Of a stretch of 64,000 bases of DNA, positions 56,445-64,000 are shown piece after piece. The DNA comes from Candidatus Muiribacterium halophilum (GTDB lineage: Bacteria; Muiribacteriota; Muiribacteriia; Muiribacteriales; Muiribacteriaceae), in the NCBI GenBank assembly GCA_023228995.1, contig JALOAD010000015.1:2737-66736 (forward strand), read 5' to 3'. Under the pieces are notes generated by a model. That model was given only the letters and a program-made list of their open reading frames with translations, did no database searches and had not been told where the DNA came from. The number at the start of each line of letters is the position of its first letter. Position 1 is the stretch's first letter. Both the position numbers and the translations under genes were made by a program.

Positions 56445-57118
56445 CCTATAGCCTCTTTTTCAAAAATATTTCTCAAACTTTCAAAATCTAAAAACTCTTT
56501 AGTTTCTTTGATTTTTTTTATATTTGAATTATGAAGTATTATAAATCTATCAGAAATATCCCATACAAGCTCAAGATTATGCGATGTAAAAAAAACTGTT
56601 TTACCTTTTTCTTTCATATCTAAAATTGATTTTTTAAGATTTCGCTGCGCAGTTATATCAAGACCAGAATACGGTTCATCCATAAGAATAGTATTTCTTT
56701 TAGATAATTCACATATTACAATACCTGTTTTTTGTCTCATACCTTTAGAAAAATCAATAATTTTTTTATCAAATTCATTTATACCATAACTTTCAAGTTT
56801 TTCTTCAACTAACTTTTTATTAGTTTTAATTCCTTCAAGCTCAAGCAGATAATTAATACATTCAATTGCAGTGAAATCTTCAAAAAAGTAAGGTAATTCA
56901 GGTAAAAATATAAAATCTTCTTTTTCTTTAAAAAATATATCACCTTTATCAGGTTTTGAAATTCCACTTATAAGTTTTAAAGTTGTAGTCTTACCTTGTC
57001 CGTTAAGTGCAATAAAAGAAACAATTTCATTTTTATATATATCAAAAGAAACATTTTCAAGTATTATTTTATTAGAGTATTTTTTTGAAATATTATTTAG
57101 ACTGAAATTTATATTCAT
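56438..57118 (-). CDS. ABC transporter ATP-binding protein
   Basis: ALNGQGKTT (variant Walker A), FSKGMRQK, LMDEP, SHNL. Confidence 0.9.
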   Translation of the reverse strand: MNINFSLNNISKKYSNKIILENVSFDIYKNEIVSFIALNGQGKTTTLKLISGISKPDKGDIFFKEKEDFIFLPELPYFFEDFTAIECINYLLELEGIKTNKKLVEEKLESYGINEFDKKIIDFSKGMRQKTGIVICELSKRNTILMDEPYSGLDITAQRNLKKSILDMKEKGKTVFFTSHNLELVWDISDRFIILHNSNIKKIKETKEFLDFESLRNIFEKEAIGC

Positions 57119-57153
57119 AATTGAATCCTTTATAAAAAAAATTCTTTATAATA

Positions 57154-57182
57154 ATTTTACAAACAAAAAAAAACCTTGTCAA
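57154..57182 (-). promoter_or_regulatory. Sigma70 promoter TTGACA-17-TAAAAT for the ABC genes
   Basis: Minus-strand TTGACA 57177-57182 and TAAAAT 57154-57159. Confidence 0.65.
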
Positions 57183-57193
57183 ATACACTAAAA

Positions 57194-57222
57194 AAAAAAG
57201 CCTCCATAATAGAGGCTTTTTT
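57194..57222 (-). terminator. Intrinsic terminator after the pilin gene
   Basis: AAAAAAGCCTC-CATAATA-GAGGCTTTTTT. Confidence 0.85.
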
Positions 57223-57244
57223 ATAAAATATAAATTACAAATAA

Positions 57245-57631
57245 TTAGGATTGACCTGGTTCGTTATTAGCATTACCATGAATACTACAAACAACACCTT
57301 TTTTACCTTCATATGAATAAGAACCGCCACCAGTACAAGTTGGAAATTTACCACCTGCAAGATAATCCATTATTGCAGACTGATCTCCATCACCAGTAAG
57401 TGCTACTGTATCTGTACCACCAACTTTAATAGTATCACCTTTTGTAGACTCCATATTAACCATTTCTATAGCAGCCTCAAGGTTTTTTGAGTTACCCCAA
57501 CAAGTTTTTTTCTTAGCTTCTTCTCTTGCTTTTGAGAATCTTGGTAGAGCCATACCGGCAAGAATACCGATAATTGCAATAACAATCATAAGTTCAATAA
57601 GTGTAAAACCTTTTTTCTTTCTAATAAACAT
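57245..57631 (-). CDS. pilA: Type IV pilin (probable major pilin)
   Basis: KKKG|FTLIELMIVIAIIGILAGMALP prepilin motif, CSIHG; monocistronic with its own promoter and terminator. Confidence 0.85.
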   Translation of the reverse strand: MFIRKKKGFTLIELMIVIAIIGILAGMALPRFSKAREEAKKKTCWGNSKNLEAAIEMVNMESTKGDTIKVGGTDTVALTGDGDQSAIMDYLAGGKFPTCTGGGSYSYEGKKGVVCSIHGNANNEPGQS

Positions 57632-57672
57632 ATTCTGCCTCCTTTATTTTTTTGGTTTTTATACCTAATTTA

Positions 57673-57720
57673 ATTATAACACATATAGTTTGAAAGACGC
57701 AATAGGAAATTAAATCCTAT
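57673..57720 (-). promoter_or_regulatory. Pilin promoter (TTGCGT-18-TATAAT, extended -10) with adjacent palindrome
   Basis: TGT-TATAAT (hexamer 57673-57678), TTGCGT 57697-57702; ATAGGA-N7-TCCTAT at 57702-57720. Confidence 0.55.
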
Positions 57721-57746
57721 TTAATTGAAAAACTTAAAAATGTAAT

Positions 57747-57775
57747 TAGACAAATTTAACTATATGTTATACAAT
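57747..57775 (+). promoter_or_regulatory. Sigma70-like promoter TAGACA-17-TACAAT of the STAS gene
   Basis: TAGACA 57747-57752, TACAAT 57770-57775. Confidence 0.5.
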
Positions 57776-57817
57776 ATAATATGTTCTATAATAAAGTATA
57801 AATTTACTGAGGTAAAT

Positions 57818-58126
57818 ATGAAAAGTATAAATTATAAAAAAACCAATGATCATATAATATCATTTGAAGGTTTTATTGACTCAATAGAAGATGCTGCAAC
57901 TGTATCTGAAATTTTTGATAAAATATCAAAAGATAAACCAGAAAACATAATAATAAATCTTGAAAAAGCAGAATATATAAACAGTTCTATTCTCGGTGTT
58001 TTTATGAAATATTATAGATTAATGCCATATTCAAAAATTTCAATAAAATGTTGCAATCCTTATATAAGAGATTTGTTAAGAATAACAGCACTTGATAAAT
58101 TTTTTATACTAGATCCATCTGAATAA
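57818..58126 (+). CDS. STAS-domain anti-sigma factor antagonist
   Basis: IINLEKAEYINSSILG, LLRITALDKFF; ATG 57818 after GAGG. Confidence 0.8.
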   Translation: MKSINYKKTNDHIISFEGFIDSIEDAATVSEIFDKISKDKPENIIINLEKAEYINSSILGVFMKYYRLMPYSKISIKCCNPYIRDLLRITALDKFFILDPSE

Positions 58127-58134
58127 ATTTATTT

Positions 58135-58716
58135 TCAAAGTGTATTATAAAGATTTTTAACTAATTTAATATCTTGCCATGTCTGTTTTTTTATTATACT
58201 TGAATTTTCATTTCTCTCATTCCTAACAATATAACTTGGATGATACATTGGAATAACCTTAATATCGTTCCAATCATAAACATTACCTCTAAGTTTTGAT
58301 ATACCATCTTTTTTATCAAGAAAAAATTTTGTAGCAGCATTTCCCAGAGTTATTATAATAGAAGGTTTCATAATCTCAATAATATAAAAAAGATAAGGAG
58401 AACACAAAGCAATTTCATCTTTTTCAGGATTTCTGTTTTCAGGAGGTCTACATTTAACAATATTAGTAATAAACATATCTTTTTCTCTATCAAACTCAAC
58501 AGCTTCAAATATCTTTGTTAATAATTGTCCAGCTTTACCAACAAATGGAATTCCAGATTTATCCTCTTCTTCTCCAGGACCTTCTCCAACAACCAATATC
58601 TTTGACTCTATATTACCCATACCCGGAACAGTTTTTATTCTAGTCTCACTTAATCTACATAAAGTACAATTTTCTATAGTATTGCAAAGTTCATTTATTT
58701 CTAATTTTTTATCCAT
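58135..58716 (-). CDS. udg: Uracil-DNA glycosylase, family 4
   Basis: C..C.LC Fe-S motif, VVGEGPG, PFVGKAGQLL, NIVKCRPPENR, YHPSY. Confidence 0.95.
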   Translation of the reverse strand: MDKKLEINELCNTIENCTLCRLSETRIKTVPGMGNIESKILVVGEGPGEEEDKSGIPFVGKAGQLLTKIFEAVEFDREKDMFITNIVKCRPPENRNPEKDEIALCSPYLFYIIEIMKPSIIITLGNAATKFFLDKKDGISKLRGNVYDWNDIKVIPMYHPSYIVRNERNENSSIIKKQTWQDIKLVKNLYNTL

Positions 58717-58725
58717 AATCTCTTA

Positions 58726-60405
58726 TCATTCCCCTTGTTGAATCTTTTTGTGTTTCTTAATAAATTCAATCGCATTATCTATATTTCTAAATATCTTATC
58801 TTCGCCTATTTTTAATATAAGTTTTGATTTTTTAAATGCAATCATTGGTTGTGCATTCACACCAGATAATAGAATAATAATACCTTTTTTTTCACAATTT
58901 TCAATAAAATCTTCCAAAGCTTTAAGACCTGTAGCATCAATTGCAGGAACATGTCTCATTCTAACAATTAAATACTCAGGAAATTCTGACATTTGATACA
59001 AAGCTGTTTTAAATTTTTCAGCAGCTCCAAAAAAGAAAGGACCATTTATCTCAAAAACAAGTACATTTTCAGGAATCTGCCTATTAACTATAGAAAAAGC
59101 ATCTTTTGCTATATCTTCCATATCATCTATATCTTTACCAATAAAATCAGCATTTGATACTTCAGACATTCTCTTCATAAACAAAAGTCCAGCCATAAAA
59201 ACACCTGCCTGAATAGCAACAGTAAGATCAATCAAAACTGTAAGAAGAAAAGTTGTAAGCAATACAAAAACGTCACTCTTAGGCGATTTCAATATTTTTA
59301 AAAACAACCTCCACTCACTCATATGATATGCAACCACTATAAGAATTGCTGATAAAAGACACATAGGTATCAAAGCAGCCATTTTTCCAAAGAAAAGAAG
59401 AATCAATAACAATGTAAAAGCATGTACAATACCTGAAATTGGAGAAAAAGCACCATTTTTAATATTAGTAGCTGTTCTTGCAATTGCTCCAGTTGCAGGA
59501 ATACCCATAAACATAGGACAAATAATATTAGCTATTCCTTGTGCAACAAGCTCCATATTAGAACGATGTTTTCTACCAGTCATACCATCTGCTACTACTG
59601 CTGAAAGTAAAGATTCAATTCCACCAAGAAGTGCAATCGTTATTGCAGCTGGAAAAACAAGCTTTATTTTATCAAATGACATATCAGGTAAAACAAATGC
59701 CGGAAAAGCCGAACTAACTTCACCAAATCTTGAACCAATTGTTTCAACAGGTATTTTAAAAATTTTAACCAACAATGTAACAAATACAAGTGTAAATATT
59801 GTTGAAGGTATTTTTTTAGTTATTTTAGGAAAATATACAATAAGAAAAAGTGATAATATTCCTAATAAAGTTGAATACAAATCTATATTATTAAAATTTT
59901 CAATTAAAAACTTTATTTTTTGATGAAATTCTGCTGGGAAAGTACCTTTTACAATTCCTAAAAAATCTTTCAACTGACTAGAAAAAATTATCAATGCAAT
60001 ACCAGAAGTAAAACCAACAGTAACCGGATATGGTATAAATTTAATAATACTACCCATTCCAGAAAAACCCATAATTAAAAGTAAAATACCAGCAATTACA
60101 GTCGCTGTAGCCAGTCCTTCATAGCCAAAATCAGACACAACTTTAAAAATAACAACAATAAATGCACCTGTTGGACCACCTATTTGAAACCTTGAACCGC
60201 TAAATATTGAAATAAGAAATCCAGCTATTATAGCAGTATATAATCCTTGTTCAGGTTTAACACCAGAAGCTATTGCAAATGCAATTGCCAAAGGAAGTGC
60301 AACTATACCTACAATAAAACCAGCAGATAAATCTTTAAAAAAATGTTTTGAAGTATAACCTTCTTTTAACGAACTGATAAGTTTTGGCACAAATTCATTC
60401 TTCAT
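58726..60405 (-). CDS. SulP/SLC26 anion permease with STAS domain
   Basis: DLSAGFIVGIVALPLAIAFA, GGPTGAF, IESLLSAV, GAIARTATN, FEINGPFFFGAA, IDATG. Confidence 0.95.
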   Translation of the reverse strand: MKNEFVPKLISSLKEGYTSKHFFKDLSAGFIVGIVALPLAIAFAIASGVKPEQGLYTAIIAGFLISIFSGSRFQIGGPTGAFIVVIFKVVSDFGYEGLATATVIAGILLLIMGFSGMGSIIKFIPYPVTVGFTSGIALIIFSSQLKDFLGIVKGTFPAEFHQKIKFLIENFNNIDLYSTLLGILSLFLIVYFPKITKKIPSTIFTLVFVTLLVKIFKIPVETIGSRFGEVSSAFPAFVLPDMSFDKIKLVFPAAITIALLGGIESLLSAVVADGMTGRKHRSNMELVAQGIANIICPMFMGIPATGAIARTATNIKNGAFSPISGIVHAFTLLLILLFFGKMAALIPMCLLSAILIVVAYHMSEWRLFLKILKSPKSDVFVLLTTFLLTVLIDLTVAIQAGVFMAGLLFMKRMSEVSNADFIGKDIDDMEDIAKDAFSIVNRQIPENVLVFEINGPFFFGAAEKFKTALYQMSEFPEYLIVRMRHVPAIDATGLKALEDFIENCEKKGIIILLSGVNAQPMIAFKKSKLILKIGEDKIFRNIDNAIEFIKKHKKIQQGE

Positions 60406-60499
60406 AATCCGCTCCTATTGAAAAACCCTGGCTCAATTACTTTTATCTAATTATTATATTAATACAACAACATAACATAAACAAGAAAAAGGATAATGT

Positions 60500-63400
60500 T
60501 TATTTTGGACCTTTAATCCCAGAACCAGTAATTACACTATTCCCATTTTTAGAAGGAATTACATTAATCTGAAGTGGAATTCTGTCTTTTAAAGCTTGAA
60601 CATGCGATATTAAACCAATTATTTTACCAGAATGTTTTATTGCAGCCAGTGTATTAAGTGCTGTATGCATAGTTTCATCGTCTAGAGTACCAAATCCTTC
60701 ATCAAGAAAAAGTGATTCAACACTTACCTTACCTGAATTAATCTCAGAAAGACCTAATGCAAGTGCAAGACTTACAATAAAACTCTCTCCACCCGATAGA
60801 TTTTTTGTACTTCTAATAATCCCAGCTTGATAATTATCAATTATATTTAATTCTAATGGTTTTTCTTTATCTCTAATTAAAAGATATCTGTCAGAAAGTT
60901 TTTTAAGCTGATTATTTGCATATCTGACTACTATTTCAAAAGTTAAACCTTGGGCAAAATTTCTAAACTTTTTACCATCAGCTGAACCAATAAGTTCATT
61001 AAAATCATAAAATTCACTATAAACTTTTATATGTTTTTCCAACTGATTTGATTTATCACAATGTTTTTTTTTCTTTTCTAAATCAGATTTTAATTTTTCA
61101 TTTATTGCTCCAGTTTTCTGATTTATCTCATTAATTATATTATTAATATTTAAAATTTCTTCAGGTAAATTCGTTATATCAATATTTTTTAATTCCTCTG
61201 ATTTATTCAATTCTTCTGAAGTAATTTTAAATTTATTCAAATTAACATCAATATCATTTAATTTTGAATTTAAAATTTTGCTTTCACTATATAAAAGCTC
61301 TTTTTTTTCATTTAATTTACTTATTTCATTTTTTTGAAAATAACATTCAAATAATTCATCTAAATTTTTAAAATTATTATCAATACAAATTTTATTGATA
61401 ATTTTATCTATTTTATCAAATTCATTATTATATTTTTCAATTTTAATTTTTACTTCTTCATATTTATTTTTTTTAATTTTAATTTCATTTAAAATTTCAT
61501 TTAATACATTATTAAAATCTTTTATCTCTATATCTTTTTCATTAAACTTATTTTCTATTCTATTCTTTTCTTCATCAGTATTCTTTTCACCAAATATATT
61601 TAATCTTTGTATTTTTAGATTTTCAAAATCAATTTTATAATCAAGAACTTCCTTTTCAATAAAATCCAAATTATCACTTTTATTTTTAAATAATTTTCCT
61701 ATTGAAACTAATTCTAATTCTTTTAATTTTTTTTCATTTTCAGCTTTATCTTTTTCGATTTTTGTATTTTTAAAATCATCATATTTATTAAAAAATTCAG
61801 ACATTATATTTTCATAAATGTTTAACTCTAAAATTTCATTAGTTAATAAAACTCCACTTTTAGTTATTTTTTGGTTATTTAAAGTTATATTTTCTTTGTT
61901 ATCGGTTATTTTTTTTAAGTTTTCAGCTAAAAGATCTTTTGAGTTATTTAAACCTTTTTTTTCGACAGATTTTTTTTTGTCCAATACATTATATTCTTCA
62001 TTAAAAACTTTTTTATTTTCTTCTAAATCATATAACTTTTTTTTATTAATTTTTAAATTTAAAAGTTTTTCATTAAATTCTTTTAATATAATCTGTTTTT
62101 GCTCTTTTAAATCTTTTAGAAATACAATAATATTTTCATCAATAATATTTTTGGGAAGAATATTAATTTTATTTAATTTTCTTTGAATTGTAATTATTTC
62201 ATGTTGTATAAATTCATTATCTTTATTAAGGTAATTGTTAATATTATCAAGTTCTGTAATTTTATTTTTCAAATTATTTATTTCAGACAATTTATTCTGC
62301 ATAGAAATTCTATTTTCCTCAAGAGCATTTTTTTCTTTATCAAATACTTTTATATTTTCTTTTTCAGAAAACGGATGTTTTTTTGAACCGCATAAAGGAC
62401 AAGGAACACCATTAACAAGATTGTTTCGCAATTCTTTAAGATTTTTTATATTATTTGATAGAATAAATTTTTTTTCAAGTAAAGAAACAGTTTCCTTTAA
62501 AATATTATAATTTTTTTCTAATAATTTTAATTCATTATTTTTATTTTCAATTTCCTTAGAATTCAGTTGTGTTTGTTGAATATTTTTAGAAATTTTTTCT
62601 TTCTTAATATTTAATTCTTTGTATATTTCACTTACATTATCAATGTTTCTAATATAATTTTTATTTTCTTCAATAAAATCAATTATAAAATCTTCATCTT
62701 TTTCTTTTAAAATATTAATAATATCATCGTTTAATTTAGTAATTTCTTTTTCAATTTCTTTCATATTTATTGAATTTTCAATCAAATTTTTTTCATTAAT
62801 TTTTAATTCACTTTCATAATCTAAAATATCTTTTTTTAATTTTTCAGAATTTTCCTCTAATATATTAACTTCTTTATAATTATTAAGATTATTTGAGTGT
62901 AAAATTTTCAAATTAGTATATTTTTCTTCTGATATTTCAACAATTTCAAGAGAATTCAACTTTTTTCCCATTTCTTTAATTTTAAAAATCAAATCATTTA
63001 TGAAATGCTGATTTTTATCAAAATCCAATTTCACATTTTTAACAATTTGTTTTTCTTCATTAATTACTTTTTCTTTATTAAAAATAGTTTTGTTCAGATC
63101 GTTTAATTTAATATCAATTGGAATTATCTTATTAATATTTTCATAAACAATTAATTTTTCCTCTTTTACTTTTTTAAATTCCTCTTCCAATTTAACTCTT
63201 AAAAATTCTTTCGTTTTTATTTGTGATTCAATATTTTTAATTTCATTTTCTAATAAAACCAATCTTTCCATTTCATTTTTTTTAAATTCAATATTATTTT
63301 TATATAAATTTATTTCATCAGAAAAATTCATTGATTTTATAATTTTATTTAATTTAAGAATTTCAGGTTCAAAATCTATTATCTTTTTTTTATTATTTTG

Positions 63401-64000
63401 AATATCATTTAATATATTTTCCCGATTATTTTCATTTTCTGCAATTTTTTTCATAAAAGATAATTTATCTTCTAATATATTCTTCTTTTTTAAAAGTAAT
63501 TCTTCTTCATTTTTTTTAACTTTCAAAACATTATTAAAATCATCAATTTCCTGTTGAGAAAAAAGTATAATATTACTTAACTCAGACTTTATAATTTCTA
63601 ATTCAGATTTTTTAATTTTATTTATTTCATGAACTTTTTTTGAAATATCACTATATATCTTTGTACCAGTTATCTGTTCAAGCATTGGAGCTTTTTCATC
63701 ACCAGAAGATTTAAGAAAATCTGCAAAACTATTTTGTGCAAGCAACATAGAACGAGTAAATCTTTCAAAATCCATACCAGTTTTTTTTACAATCTCTAAA
63801 CTAACTTCCTTTAATTTATTTGCTATAATAATTCCAGTTTTATAATCCGAAAGTTCGTGTTTTGGAGACTGCAAATTACCATTAAGATTTTTTTTAGCTT
63901 TATTTTGAGAAAAATGACTCAAAAACTTACCTTCATCTGTTTCAAAAAGTAATTCAGAAAAAAAATACCCAGTATTTCTAGTCATAACTTCATTTGAACC
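60500..64000 (-). CDS. sbcC: SbcC/Rad50-like ATPase (5' end outside the window)
   Basis: Long coiled coil, CPLCG zinc hook, LSGGESF, LFLDEGFGTLD; frame is open to the window edge and Walker A is not in the window. Confidence 0.9.
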   Translation of the reverse strand, partial: GSNEVMTRNTGYFFSELLFETDEGKFLSHFSQNKAKKNLNGNLQSPKHELSDYKTGIIIANKLKEVSLEIVKKTGMDFERFTRSMLLAQNSFADFLKSSGDEKAPMLEQITGTKIYSDISKKVHEINKIKKSELEIIKSELSNIILFSQQEIDDFNNVLKVKKNEEELLLKKKNILEDKLSFMKKIAENENNRENILNDIQNNKKKIIDFEPEILKLNKIIKSMNFSDEINLYKNNIEFKKNEMERLVLLENEIKNIESQIKTKEFLRVKLEEEFKKVKEEKLIVYENINKIIPIDIKLNDLNKTIFNKEKVINEEKQIVKNVKLDFDKNQHFINDLIFKIKEMGKKLNSLEIVEISEEKYTNLKILHSNNLNNYKEVNILEENSEKLKKDILDYESELKINEKNLIENSINMKEIEKEITKLNDDIINILKEKDEDFIIDFIEENKNYIRNIDNVSEIYKELNIKKEKISKNIQQTQLNSKEIENKNNELKLLEKNYNILKETVSLLEKKFILSNNIKNLKELRNNLVNGVPCPLCGSKKHPFSEKENIKVFDKEKNALEENRISMQNKLSEINNLKNKITELDNINNYLNKDNEFIQHEIITIQRKLNKINILPKNIIDENIIVFLKDLKEQKQIILKEFNEKLLNLKINKKKLYDLEENKKVFNEEYNVLDKKKSVEKKGLNNSKDLLAENLKKITDNKENITLNNQKITKSGVLLTNEILELNIYENIMSEFFNKYDDFKNTKIEKDKAENEKKLKELELVSIGKLFKNKSDNLDFIEKEVLDYKIDFENLKIQRLNIFGEKNTDEEKNRIENKFNEKDIEIKDFNNVLNEILNEIKIKKNKYEEVKIKIEKYNNEFDKIDKIINKICIDNNFKNLDELFECYFQKNEISKLNEKKELLYSESKILNSKLNDIDVNLNKFKITSEELNKSEELKNIDITNLPEEILNINNIINEINQKTGAINEKLKSDLEKKKKHCDKSNQLEKHIKVYSEFYDFNELIGSADGKKFRNFAQGLTFEIVVRYANNQLKKLSDRYLLIRDKEKPLELNIIDNYQAGIIRSTKNLSGGESFIVSLALALGLSEINSGKVSVESLFLDEGFGTLDDETMHTALNTLAAIKHSGKIIGLISHVQALKDRIPLQINVIPSKNGNSVITGSGIKGPK

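Noticed and set aside
57245-57631. Electrically conductive (e-pilin) type
   Set aside because: Mature pilin is about 120 aa, has F1 and F24 but lacks Y27/Y32 equivalents and has a 44-residue aromatic-free gap (W37 to Y82)
1112-62510. Many 60-170 aa antisense or off-frame ORFs in the track (e.g. 30580-31101, 21765-22178, 51945-52151)
   Set aside because: They overlap well-supported genes and are F/I/L/S-rich shadows of AT-rich coding strands or of the 15-bp repeat
60500-64000. SbcC lacking Walker A (pseudogene)
   Set aside because: The frame is open to the window edge; the N-terminus is simply outside the window
1-64000. Alternative genetic code, tRNA or rRNA genes, prophage
   Set aside because: TGA acts as a stop at coupled junctions (2031, 24003); no cloverleaf, rRNA-like GC-rich tract or phage hallmark gene was recognised by eye

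Overview
Very AT-rich bacterial chromosomal segment (standard code 11; TGA is used as a stop, e.g. ATGA overlaps) with about 55 CDS, mostly on the minus strand. I saw no rRNA, tRNA, CRISPR array or intact transposase. Main blocks: (1) sugar-modifying genes including a Thermotoga-type GH13 maltosyltransferase; (2) site-2 protease-pdp-MEMO-TPR; (3) a tightly coupled operon joining purine amidohydrolases (one with a degenerate active site) to HDOD, GAF-PP2C-HATPase and HD-GYP-REC signalling genes, preceded by two STAS genes and a TolB-like lipoprotein; (4) nusA-infB-rbfA-nrnA-[GAF-PP2C]-truB-ribF followed by a degenerate alkaline phosphatase and a PLD-LTD protein; (5) NHL-STAS-aroE-pilB-pilT-pilC followed by moxR-DUF58-BatA-VWA; (6) nitrilase and a hybrid histidine kinase; (7) acyP, an orphan PduK-like BMC shell gene, LipS1/LipS2-type radical SAM genes, a cyclodeaminase domain and an Asp-box protein; (8) flgBC-marC; (9) pilin-ABC-TPR, STAS, UDG, SulP and a truncated sbcC. 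The most unusual elements are the BMC/LipS1/LipS2 operon, a mosaic of four hairpin modules present twice in permuted order (about 20.46-20.85 kb and 52.76-53.27 kb, the second copy carrying a 154-bp MITE-like insert), two apparent pseudoenzymes and an expanded partner-switching network. All product calls come from motif recognition by eye; no database search was run.
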